Shown here piece after piece: positions 45,394 through 53,876 of a DNA stretch of 64,000 bases. Each line of letters begins with the position of its first letter. Positions within the stretch are counted from its first letter, which is position 1. The translations under genes and the position numbers were made by a program. Source of the DNA: a virus; IMG/VR virus record IMGVR_UViG_3300025168_000054, positions 1 to 64,000 of that record. One strand, given 5' to 3'. The notes under the pieces were generated by a model. The model did no database searches, was not told where the DNA came from, and saw nothing but the letters and a program-made list of their open reading frames with translations.

Positions 45394-45956
45394 ACGGTTG
45401 CTCCGGGGTTGGTCATGTTGCAAAGCTGTTCGGATACCACACCAAACGGCCCTTTCTCGTAGTACCAGTAGAGATGAGGCAAGAGCGCAGCGGGTCGAGA
45501 CACCATAGTGTAGAAAACGAGGGCGCTGCCCTTGGGCGCGCCTACTGCGCGCTCGCCGTCGGGCCGGACGAACTTGACCCGAGGCGAGAGGAAGATGACT
45601 GCTGCGGTGTTGGGGCAGTTCACTACCCACTTGCTCCAGTATTTTGTGTCGGTATTGGCATAGACCAGCAGCGCCACGACTTCGCAACCTTCCGTGCAAG
45701 CCTTGGCGGCCTTCTCGAACCAGTGAGAGATGCCTCTGCCGTACGGCGGGTTGCACCACACGCGCTTGCCGTAGTCGGACCAGCGCACACGGAGTGCGTC
45801 GGTCTTGGGGTCGATGAACGGATCGACCCGAGCCGCGTCGAGGTTCGTTGCGCAGGCATCGAGGTCGAACATGACGACCTCGTTGACTTGATCGAAGAGC
45901 CCGACGGGGGTCATCCAGTCGTCCTTACCCAGCGTGCGGGTAGTCGGAGCGGTCAT
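45390..45956 (-). CDS. Phage DNA N6-adenine methyltransferase (Dam family)
   Basis: DDWMTP, FDLDACA, WCNPPY, TDTKYW, RVKF; start ATG 45956. Confidence 0.9.
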   Translation of the reverse strand: MTAPTTRTLGKDDWMTPVGLFDQVNEVVMFDLDACATNLDAARVDPFIDPKTDALRVRWSDYGKRVWCNPPYGRGISHWFEKAAKACTEGCEVVALLVYANTDTKYWSKWVVNCPNTAAVIFLSPRVKFVRPDGERAVGAPKGSALVFYTMVSRPAALLPHLYWYYEKGPFGVVSEQLCNMTNPGATV

Positions 45957-46201
45957 GATGGCTCCTTGCAACGGTGTGATCCTTCGTGACCCTCGGGCAG
46001 CGTGCATGTGTAGAGCTTTTGGCTCTTCCCGATGAAAACGCCCGCGCCGCACGGCAGCCACGGAAGAGGTCGACCCTCGCCGCCCTCGGCGTAGAACTCT
46101 GCGAGCTCTCGCGCTTGGCGCAGAAGCTCGCGCAGTCGTTTGGCTTCGTCTTCGAGGCGCTTGTAGCGGTGAGCCCAGTATTTTCCGCGTACGTCGATCA
46201 C
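45953..46201 (-). CDS. Small protein with coiled coil and Cys/His metal-binding tail
   Basis: CG...CTLPEGHEGSH; overlaps both neighbours by 4 nt. Confidence 0.6.
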   Translation of the reverse strand: MIDVRGKYWAHRYKRLEDEAKRLRELLRQARELAEFYAEGGEGRPLPWLPCGAGVFIGKSQKLYTCTLPEGHEGSHRCKEPS

Positions 46202-46395
46202 TCGTCACCTCCCTTGGCGTAGCCCTCACTCGCCCATCCTCCGCCTTGTAGGGAGAAGTTGGTCTTGGAGACCTGTCGGACGGTGCGGGGGGCTCCGCAC
46301 GCTGAACAGGCCTGGTCTTTCCGAACGTCTTTCAGTGAGACCAGGACTTCGAACTGATGGCCGCACTTCCGGCACCGCTGCGAGAACAGCGGCAT
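46198..46395 (-). CDS. FmdB-family zinc-ribbon protein
   Basis: MPLF..RCRKCGHQFE...CSACG...FSLQGGGW..GY; start ATG 46395. Confidence 0.85.
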   Translation of the reverse strand: MPLFSQRCRKCGHQFEVLVSLKDVRKDQACSACGAPRTVRQVSKTNFSLQGGGWASEGYAKGGDE

Positions 46396-46694
46396 CACTC
46401 TTCCCACCCGATGTAGCGGAACGTCGGCGTGTTCTGCCCCATCCAAGCTCCGCTGGTGTTGAACGAAAACCACTCAGCGGCGTCCGAATAGCTGCATTCT
46501 CCGTCCTCCATGATGGCTTCAACGCACATCTCAGCGTCGTAAACGGCCACTACGAACCCAGGCTCTCTCGGCCAGTGGTCCTCAGGGGTGTCGGTCATGC
46601 CCACAATGCAGGGGTCATAGACGCTGCGTGGTTCGAGCAGCAGCGCGTCAGGGTTGTAGTTGGCCAGGGCTTCGAGGATCTCTTCGTAGGTCAT
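46395..46694 (-). CDS. Conserved phage hypothetical protein
   Basis: D.CIVG...VAVYD...A.EWF.FN..GAWMG..TP pattern of a widespread phage family. Confidence 0.75.
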   Translation of the reverse strand: MTYEEILEALANYNPDALLLEPRSVYDPCIVGMTDTPEDHWPREPGFVVAVYDAEMCVEAIMEDGECSYSDAAEWFSFNTSGAWMGQNTPTFRYIGWEE

Positions 46695-47161
46695 TCCTCA
46701 CCACCTTCGTCGCGGACGATGATGCGGCCCCACACCTTGTAGTCGTCACCTGGTACACGAGCGACGCCCTTGACCTTGTGGTACTCGTCAGCGCGGGTGT
46801 CCCAGACCCAGGCGATCTTACCCTCGCGGACGAACCCGTCGATCATCTCAAAGGTCGGTCGACCGCAGGTTGTGTCCATTACACCGACGTACTGCCCTGG
46901 TCGGATGATCCCGTGGAAACGAGGGGTGCCGTCCCACAGGCGGCCAGCCACCACAGAGTTCGGCCACGCCTTCCAACCGCCGGCATTCGCAGCGCGGCTC
47001 CTGTAGTCGTCGCGGCCTGCGACCACCGTGATGGCATGCTCAGGGTACGCCTCACTCAATCCTTCGGTCAGACTGTCACGCCACTTGTCGACAGTCTGGT
47101 CTCCGTCCAACCGGTCGTGTGCCAGGAAGAACCTGTAGTCTTCGTCTTTCGTCTCTGTCAT
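46691..47161 (-). CDS. Possible nucleoside-deoxyribosyltransferase/TIR-like Rossmannoid protein
   Basis: Start ATG 47161 with AGGAG; FFLAH first strand and GRPTFEMIDGFVREGKIAWVW resembling G.GT..E...A...GK.V of NDT/SLOG folds. Confidence 0.4.
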   Translation of the reverse strand: MTETKDEDYRFFLAHDRLDGDQTVDKWRDSLTEGLSEAYPEHAITVVAGRDDYRSRAANAGGWKAWPNSVVAGRLWDGTPRFHGIIRPGQYVGVMDTTCGRPTFEMIDGFVREGKIAWVWDTRADEYHKVKGVARVPGDDYKVWGRIIVRDEGGEE

Positions 47162-47221
47162 ACCACTCTCCTTTGTGTAACAGTGTAGTAAGCCGTTCCG
47201 TGCCTTTGTCAAACAGTTGTA

Positions 47222-50044
47222 TCACACTTCTACCCAGGTGCGGCCCACGTCCGCCTCACAGGTAAACGTCACCGGCCAACCCGGTACGTCGATCGTCATG
47301 CACTCCGTCATCTTCTTCTGCGCCCACTCCGCCAAGTGCTCAGGCACCTCGACGATGAGTGAGTCATGGACTTGCGCGGTCAAGCCTGTGCCTGGTCCCC
47401 ACTGCTGAAAGGGGAACGCCTCCAGCACGCGCTGCTCGGCGATGGCCATGACGGCGGCTTCGCACGCGAGGATGGGAAAGTTGACGACCTCGTTTTTCTT
47501 GCCGTCCTGCAAGCCTCCGCTTCGTCGACCGAACAGGGGGTCTTCCATGTAGCCCTGCTTGTCGTAGAGCATGAGCATGTCTTGCCAAGCCATCATCCAG
47601 TCGGTCTCGGCGTCGTGCCAGACCCGGTCGAAGAACCGAACCTGGTTGAGGTCGAACTGAAGGTACGGCAGGTCGGTGTGTAGATACTCGCTGCCGTCCT
47701 TGCGCTGCCGAAAGCCCGTGAGCTCGGTCGAACGAATCACGGAGTGCTTGGTCTCAGCAGAGGCCCAGTAGATCGACGCATAACGGTACGTCTTGGTCAG
47801 CTCTCGAAGCTGGCCCGCCTTGCCTTTCTTGCTTGGCTTATGCGTGGCCTTCAAGCTGAAGCCCTTTGTCCAACCTGAAGCCTGTTCAAAGTCTTTGCCG
47901 AACAAGTCGTGCGCCAACCAGCAGTGCGGGTCGAGGTCATCAGCGAAGCAGTCGAGCAGTCGTTGGATGCCCCAGTAGTTGGCGGTAATGACCAAGTGCG
48001 CCGCACTGAGGTCGCAACCCACCAGCACGTGGCCCGGCGCTGCGCAATACAACGACCTCACGCCACCCAGGTCTTTGCGGCTGGATTGGTTCTGCATGTT
48101 GGGTCCGCTCGACGAGAGGCGCCCAACAGCGGTCGTGTGACTGTTCCACGAGGAACGCACGCGCCCGTCGGGATGTAGTGACCCGCCGTCCTTCAGGGGG
48201 CGTAGGCCATACAGCTGCGTACCCAACACCTTGGTCCTGACCCGTCGATACTGGCGCAAGGTCAGAAGGAACTGCCGCTGCTTCTTGTTGATGTCAGGGC
48301 TGGCCATGTGAGACCGCAGCACCGCATCACCTGTACCCGGCAGACCAGACTCGGTGTAGAAGTCTTTGGCGTCCATGCCGTAGGGGATGCCCAGGTCCCA
48401 CCGCTCATACAGCAGGTCACGGACCTGGTCGAACGAGCCCGGATTGAAGTCCTGGTTCGCCTTGCGCTTCGCCCCCACTGCTTCGGCAAGACCTTGAAGC
48501 TGGTCGTAGAGGTCTACGGCGACCTTCTCAAACCGGTCGGTCAGCAGCGACGCCTTCTTCTGGTCGACGTAGATGCCGTTCTGGTGCATCTGCACACACA
48601 TGTCCTGTCGCGCATGGTCGAGGTTCCGCAGGTCCCAGGGACGGGCAGAGGGCCAGCTGACCGGCTTCGCCCACTCGGGCAACGGCTTGTCTGCTCCGTT
48701 GGCGTTGGCGGATCTACGCAGCGGCTCTGTGATGCGAGCGTTGACCACGGTGTCGTACTCGCAGTACGTCAACCGCTCCTTGTCGAGCACCTTCCCGCCG
48801 CTGTTCTTCTCACCGCTCTCGCTGGTCTCCCACTTGTGTACGTCAGTCAGCCGACGACCAGTGGGCTTGAGACCTTTGGGCAGGTCAGGGTGGGTGAAGC
48901 GAGCATCGAACAGTGTGTCGTGAGTCGGTTGCGGATTGACCCCGAGCCAGTGCTCAGAGACTTGGCGATCGAAGTACCCCGCGTTGTGCCCCACCTTGGT
49001 CTTGCTGGTGTTCGTGAAGAACTCCCGCAGCACTTCCTTGATGGCCTCCTCCCCGCTCGGCGAGTAGTAGCGCCGACCCGGCGAGTCTGTGCCCATGATG
49101 TTGATACCGACGCTACGTGCCAGCTGGAAGGGCTCCTCCCAGGGCATCGTTGGATTCCCGTGCCTGTCCAGGTCAGGAGTTGCAATGGCCAAGCACCGCA
49201 CACCGATGTCGCGGACGTTGATACCGTCGGTCTCGTAGTCGTAGACCCAGAAGGGTGAGGGGACTGCCAGCCATTCTCGGAGCTCGTGCGCGGTCGGCTG
49301 CTCTGATAGTTCGGGCTCAAGCCACCGAAGTACGTTGTTGAACCAGCGGAAAGCCTTACCCAGCGTGGCGTAGAACTGCGGGCGTAACTTCGGAGAGTGC
49401 TTGACATAGCCAGGGTCGTAAGTTGAAACGACTTTAACTTTCCAATCATTGCTCGACTGAGTCCAGTCGTAGGCTTGCCAGGTCAAACGGCTGACCTTGA
49501 CTTCTCGCATGTCGCCCTCGAGATGGGACATGCTTGAGGTGGTGTCGAGCACGCGCTGCGCTGCCGTACTGCCCAGCGGGAGGATGTATCCGTAGGCTGA
49601 GAGGTGAGATTGCAGGTAGGGGGCGCAGCAGTCAGCCGGGTGAGGTAGCGCTTCTTCGACCTGACGCTTTGCCTCGGCCGCGGACGTGCCTTCCTTACGC
49701 AGCTTCTTCGTCAGTGCTTTACGCCGACGGCGTAGTTGCGCCTCCATCTTCTTCCACCCGTCTCTCGGAGCGCAGGCCGTCACGAAGAACAAGTCGATCA
49801 TCGACCTGTTCAGCCCCGTGGCTCTCAAAGCACGGTCCCACTCGGCACCGTCCAGCCCGCTCAAGGGGCGGCTGTGCCTCACGTCTTCGCGCTTGGGCGC
49901 TTCAAGCACGGCAGCGACTGTCGTGCTCTCGTGTATCTCGGGGGGCACAGGCTCCCACCCGTCTCCGACGAGACAGCCGCCCGGCCCCATGGGGCACTGA
50001 TTGCACTTGGCGCCCCTCTTTCGGGGGTCGAATCGACTACTCAT
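47222..50044 (-). CDS. Family A DNA polymerase with N-terminal family-4 UDG-like domain and 3'-5' exonuclease
   Basis: Start ATG 50044; Exo I DYETDG, Exo II HNAGYFD, Exo III YCEYD; GRLSSSGPNMQN; motif A DLSAAHL; motif B RELTKTYRYASIY; motif C VHDS. Confidence 0.92.
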   Translation of the reverse strand: MSSRFDPRKRGAKCNQCPMGPGGCLVGDGWEPVPPEIHESTTVAAVLEAPKREDVRHSRPLSGLDGAEWDRALRATGLNRSMIDLFFVTACAPRDGWKKMEAQLRRRRKALTKKLRKEGTSAAEAKRQVEEALPHPADCCAPYLQSHLSAYGYILPLGSTAAQRVLDTTSSMSHLEGDMREVKVSRLTWQAYDWTQSSNDWKVKVVSTYDPGYVKHSPKLRPQFYATLGKAFRWFNNVLRWLEPELSEQPTAHELREWLAVPSPFWVYDYETDGINVRDIGVRCLAIATPDLDRHGNPTMPWEEPFQLARSVGINIMGTDSPGRRYYSPSGEEAIKEVLREFFTNTSKTKVGHNAGYFDRQVSEHWLGVNPQPTHDTLFDARFTHPDLPKGLKPTGRRLTDVHKWETSESGEKNSGGKVLDKERLTYCEYDTVVNARITEPLRRSANANGADKPLPEWAKPVSWPSARPWDLRNLDHARQDMCVQMHQNGIYVDQKKASLLTDRFEKVAVDLYDQLQGLAEAVGAKRKANQDFNPGSFDQVRDLLYERWDLGIPYGMDAKDFYTESGLPGTGDAVLRSHMASPDINKKQRQFLLTLRQYRRVRTKVLGTQLYGLRPLKDGGSLHPDGRVRSSWNSHTTAVGRLSSSGPNMQNQSSRKDLGGVRSLYCAAPGHVLVGCDLSAAHLVITANYWGIQRLLDCFADDLDPHCWLAHDLFGKDFEQASGWTKGFSLKATHKPSKKGKAGQLRELTKTYRYASIYWASAETKHSVIRSTELTGFRQRKDGSEYLHTDLPYLQFDLNQVRFFDRVWHDAETDWMMAWQDMLMLYDKQGYMEDPLFGRRSGGLQDGKKNEVVNFPILACEAAVMAIAEQRVLEAFPFQQWGPGTGLTAQVHDSLIVEVPEHLAEWAQKKMTECMTIDVPGWPVTFTCEADVGRTWVEV

Positions 50045-50420
50045 CGTTGTTCTCCCAACGGCATCGCCGTTTGTTTGGGAAGCCTTTGTAGACTTCGATC
50101 TCGTGGTGTGATGCGTACCTTCGGATGGCCTGCTCAAGAGCGACAGTCGTGCGCGGCCAACCAACACGGTCTCGGATGATTGGGTACGACATGCGTTCGG
50201 TATTGCGCAGTCGTATGGCCTCGATCAACATCGACTCTCGTAGGAACCTCTTGGGGCTGTTGCTTCGGTCAATCTTGCCAAGGTGCTGATGAATCTGCTT
50301 TCTCAACGTACTGACGTTGACGTCCATGTCTTCGGCGACGTCCTTCCACTTCTCACCATGCTCCACCCGAGTTTTTGCTCGGCGGAGCATAGGAAACGTC
50401 CACGTACGTTGAGGCGCCAT
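50037..50420 (-). CDS. Tandem HTH DNA-binding protein
   Basis: WKDVAEDMDVNVSTLRK and MSYPIIRDRVG helices; start ATG 50420. Confidence 0.65.
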   Translation of the reverse strand: MAPQRTWTFPMLRRAKTRVEHGEKWKDVAEDMDVNVSTLRKQIHQHLGKIDRSNSPKRFLRESMLIEAIRLRNTERMSYPIIRDRVGWPRTTVALEQAIRRYASHHEIEVYKGFPNKRRCRWENNDE

Positions 50421-50620
50421 TAGCCGTCCACGCGGGTCATACCGCCCAAGAACCGCTCGACACTCTTGCACCAGGTTCGATGCTTCTCGTCGATGTAGAC
50501 GACCAGCACGGGGTACCGAACCGGATCATCGGCGTGCTCGTTCACGAGCATCCGCACCCGGTAGTAGTTGCCATTGCGATGCTGCCAGCGGGTTCCTGGC
50601 AGAACGTCTGTTTGCGCCAT
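50420..50620 (-). CDS. DUF1653-like small protein
   Basis: WQHRNGNYYRV...VVY...W.KSVERF. Confidence 0.75.
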   Translation of the reverse strand: MAQTDVLPGTRWQHRNGNYYRVRMLVNEHADDPVRYPVLVVYIDEKHRTWCKSVERFLGGMTRVDG

Positions 50621-50635
50621 GTCTCACTCCTGCAG

Positions 50636-50666
50636 GAAAGCCCCCGCCGTCATCGACGACGGGGGC
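50636..50666 (-). terminator. Hairpin after SSB gene
   Basis: GCCCCCGTCGTCGATGACGGCGGGGGC followed by TTT on the minus strand. Confidence 0.55.
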
Positions 50667-50684
50667 CAGGTTGATCGCTCTCAA

Positions 50685-51293
50685 TCAGCGAGAAGGTGGG
50701 GGCGGGAACTTGCCGTTGCTGGGAGGCGGGGGCGGCATCTTAGCGGCGGCCGGGGCCGACACCTTGGACTGCCGGCGCCAAGCGAACTGGCGAGTGTCCT
50801 CAGGCTTGTCGCCCTTGGCTTCGTGCTGCTCAAACTGGTCCTTGTTGAGGAAAGACTTGACCTCTCCGTACACACGCTGTCCCTGAGGGACGTCGTCGGG
50901 ACGACCGAGCCACGCAATGTGGGCGGTGCGGCCAACGAGGTGCTGAGTGCTCAGGCCGTTCTCGGCCATGTAGTCCTCGGTGATACCGGAGGAGAGAGCG
51001 ACTCGCTTGATCGCGGCGACCATGCCGTTGATCTTCTTGTTGCGAGTCGTCTCGTCCATCGCCTGAAGAGCCGGAGCCATGTTGCCTTCAGCGTCGAAGG
51101 GGCAGCTACCAATCTCGCGGGTGATGGCACCGTTGGGGAACTTGATGTGGATGAAGTACGAGAAGTTGCCTTGGCGGTCAAGAACGCCACGGTCCTCGAA
51201 CTCCACGACCTCGACGGGGTAGTAGCCGGTTCCGGGGGGAAGGTTGCCAGTGCCGACGGAAGCGGCAGTTTCTGCGGGAATGAAGAAAGACAT
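50685..51293 (-). CDS. Single-stranded DNA-binding protein (DUF669-like, Sak4 partner)
   Basis: LPPG.Y.VEVVE, LVGR, EVKSF pattern; Pro-rich tail; adjacent to Sak4-like gene. Confidence 0.6.
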   Translation of the reverse strand: MSFFIPAETAASVGTGNLPPGTGYYPVEVVEFEDRGVLDRQGNFSYFIHIKFPNGAITREIGSCPFDAEGNMAPALQAMDETTRNKKINGMVAAIKRVALSSGITEDYMAENGLSTQHLVGRTAHIAWLGRPDDVPQGQRVYGEVKSFLNKDQFEQHEAKGDKPEDTRQFAWRRQSKVSAPAAAKMPPPPPSNGKFPPPPSR

Positions 51294-51358
51294 CTTCGAT
51301 CCTGGTTTAGTTGGTTTTTGTGGTTGTTGTTAGGTCCGGTTTACTGCCGGAACAGCCG

Positions 51359-52348
51359 TCACTCGGACGGAGGAGGTGGAGCCTTCGAGCCCTTTACGGG
51401 CTTCGGTGGATCCAATACTTTGAAAAGATTGTCGCTGCGCTGCTTCTGGATGACACCTCGTGCGATGCCGTCCTGCACTGCCCAGCGAATGTGCAGCTGC
51501 GTCTCTCGTCCGCTGCCCTTGGCGAACTTCTGCGCCTTGTTGACGCCAGCGTTTACGGCCGCACTGACGTCCCCCGTCTGCACGGCCTTCGCCACGAGGT
51601 CAGCAACTTCGTCCTGCCACTCAAGCCCCGGACGGCGAGACAGCCCGTAGTCGACAGCGCTGGCACGAAGAAGCTCACGGACATTCGGCGGGCTCTCGGC
51701 ATAACCAACACCGTTACGGTCTCCGGTTACCCAAGTGCTGTCCCATGGGTTGACGTAGAGGCCGCCTTTGATCCAAGGGTCCGGGTAGTCGCTGTTGACG
51801 ACAGCGCGAGCGTTGAAGTCGCACCAAGCCGGGACACGAACAACCTGGCCCTTGCTGCCCAGGGAGGGTCCACCGGGGACGAAGGTGCCATCCATACCTG
51901 ACCCTGGCGCCTGCTCGTGGGCGACCATGAAGACACTGACACCGATGTGCCGAGCCTTCTCGGCCAGACGCAGCAGCTTGTCCTTGAGCTGTTGGTACGG
52001 CCAAAACTTGTCGACCTTGCCGCTGTTGGTGATCTTGGGGTTGTCCTGCCAGAACCTCAAGCTCGTCTCGCACAACGCCGTCATGCCATCTACGCAGATG
52101 GCAGGGTACGAATCGACCAACCCCTGCTCTTCCAGCATGGTCATGAGGTCAAGCAAGTCAACGAGAGTTCTGACTGGGTGGTCATAGACCGTGGGTTCAA
52201 ACCCCCACTCATTCTGAGTGACGCTCTTGATCGCGTTCATCCCCTCGCCCGGAATCCACAGGGCGTTGGGGAATGCGCTCGCGACCATCGAGGTCTTCAT
52301 GCGCTTGGGCTGGCCAAAAACCATGCCCATGACCGTGGCATTCGCCAT
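51359..52348 (-). CDS. Sak4-like/AAA_24 ssDNA-annealing ATPase
   Basis: GQPKRMKTS P-loop variant, ICVDGMT, MVAHE, GPSLG...VPAWCD. Confidence 0.75.
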   Translation of the reverse strand: MANATVMGMVFGQPKRMKTSMVASAFPNALWIPGEGMNAIKSVTQNEWGFEPTVYDHPVRTLVDLLDLMTMLEEQGLVDSYPAICVDGMTALCETSLRFWQDNPKITNSGKVDKFWPYQQLKDKLLRLAEKARHIGVSVFMVAHEQAPGSGMDGTFVPGGPSLGSKGQVVRVPAWCDFNARAVVNSDYPDPWIKGGLYVNPWDSTWVTGDRNGVGYAESPPNVRELLRASAVDYGLSRRPGLEWQDEVADLVAKAVQTGDVSAAVNAGVNKAQKFAKGSGRETQLHIRWAVQDGIARGVIQKQRSDNLFKVLDPPKPVKGSKAPPPPSE

Positions 52349-52482
52349 GGTCGCCTCCAGTGATGTAGTTGTTGTTGTAGTGCCCCGAGGGGCTCGCCGA
52401 CTGTAACACAGACGATCGAGTTCCCTGCGGCTGTTTGTGGTTTACAGTCAGGGCGGGGCTGTAAACTAACTCGGCTCTTTCC

Positions 52483-52890
52483 TTATTCGTCAATCTCCCA
52501 GTGATGCTGGGTACCGGGCTCATGGCATCGGCGGATATTACGAACGCTGCCCCCCGTCAGACCCAGCTTTTCGCTCAGGAAATCAACAACTTGTTTGACA
52601 TTGAACTCCTTGCAGGAGAACAAGTCGAAGCTCACATGTCCTCGCAGAGGCCACGTATGAATACTTCCGTGCGACGTGGTCAGGATTACAGTGCCCGTGA
52701 CTCCTCCGTCGTCCTCGCCGTTCTCGACCATAGGGTCAAGCGGCACGGCGACCATTTCCGCAGGCTTCAGAATCTGCATACCTACCATCTCGACCAGTTC
52801 GTTGAGCACCGCACCGATCAACTCAGGGTCGTTGAGGCGCTGCGACTCTTGGGTCCAGGCGTCAATGATTACGTGTCTACCTGTTTTCAT
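52483..52890 (-). CDS. speD: Pyruvoyl-dependent S-adenosylmethionine decarboxylase homologue
   Basis: GRHVIID, GGVTGTVILTTSHGSIHTWP, DLFSC; start ATG 52890. Confidence 0.88.
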   Translation of the reverse strand: MKTGRHVIIDAWTQESQRLNDPELIGAVLNELVEMVGMQILKPAEMVAVPLDPMVENGEDDGGVTGTVILTTSHGSIHTWPLRGHVSFDLFSCKEFNVKQVVDFLSEKLGLTGGSVRNIRRCHEPGTQHHWEIDE

Positions 52891-52895
52891 GATGA

Positions 52896-53876
52896 TTACT
52901 CCGGGCCGTACTGGCATAGTTCAAACGCGCCGCACTTACCGTAGCGGTGGTAGCAAACGAGCTCGCTCTGAGCCATTTGCCAGTCCCCCTCGGTCACGTA
53001 CGCTCTCTTGTGGTTGACGAGCTGGTTGCCCAGCGACATCGCCCTCGAGTAAATCTGCCGAGCCAACTGTTCGTCACGCCAAGGTGTGGCGGGTACGTGC
53101 TGACGACTCACGGTCCAGGGGCTGCGCCGCTGCACCAAGTTCAAGATGACCCCTCCGAAGTCCTCGTACAACTGCTGGCCCATGATGCGGTTGACGGCGA
53201 ACTGGCCGTCCATGGCGTACTGCTGAGCACGAGTCTTGCTCACACTCCCGCCGGTCACCTTGTGATCCCAGATGTACGTTCGCCCGTCGGAGCTATGCTT
53301 CATCACGAGGTCGAACCGCTTGGTCAATTCGATGGGCTTGCCGTGCTGCAGCGCCGGAACGCCACGAACAGGCTCCTCAAGCCCAGGGCAATCCAGCAAC
53401 GTAGGCTCTGAGAGATTCTTGTCGAGCCATAGGCCGAAGTCTCCTTCGTGGTTGTGCCCCAAGGTCAGCTTGACCTGGTTCTCGACAGACACCACACGGT
53501 CAGAGACATAGGGCTCCTTCTGAAGATATCGACGGAAGACATCAAGCGTCGTGCCGATGTAGGGGTGAGCGTCTACGCCTTCGAGCTCTCGCCGACGCAC
53601 CCACTCACGAACTGCCGCATCGGGAGGTAGGAAGTGGTCAGGGTCTGTGACGTGCTGGCCTTCGTACTCGAAGCCTCCCTGCTCGCAGCCCTTCTGAGCG
53701 TAGTAGTGAGCGAGCACGGTGTGGCCCATTGACCCCAGTGTCAGCGCCTCGGCGTTGATGAACTCACGCTGCTTGACGTTAATGATGAACCATAATCGGT
53801 CACACTTAAAGGCTGGTCCCCAGAAGGACCAGCCTGTTGTGCTTCGACCGGTGTCGATGAGGATGGGCTCAGGCAT
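52896..53876 (-). CDS. PD-(D/E)XK exonuclease, Cas4/AddB-like with 4-Cys cluster
   Basis: C..R...GSMGH, RFDLV, IWDHK, C-terminal CYHRYGKCGAFELC. Confidence 0.85.
   Translation of the reverse strand: MPEPILIDTGRSTTGWSFWGPAFKCDRLWFIINVKQREFINAEALTLGSMGHTVLAHYYAQKGCEQGGFEYEGQHVTDPDHFLPPDAAVREWVRRRELEGVDAHPYIGTTLDVFRRYLQKEPYVSDRVVSVENQVKLTLGHNHEGDFGLWLDKNLSEPTLLDCPGLEEPVRGVPALQHGKPIELTKRFDLVMKHSSDGRTYIWDHKVTGGSVSKTRAQQYAMDGQFAVNRIMGQQLYEDFGGVILNLVQRRSPWTVSRQHVPATPWRDEQLARQIYSRAMSLGNQLVNHKRAYVTEGDWQMAQSELVCYHRYGKCGAFELCQYGPE

Noticed and set aside
45394-46229. Long N-terminal extensions given by the ORF track for the ATPase (to 45759) and MTase (to 46229)
   Set aside because: They overlap real upstream genes; ATGA-coupled internal starts at 45393 and 45956 fit better
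52896-53876. Cas4-like gene as evidence of CRISPR-Cas
   Set aside because: No array or other cas gene seen; context with Sak4 and SSB indicates a phage recombination exonuclease
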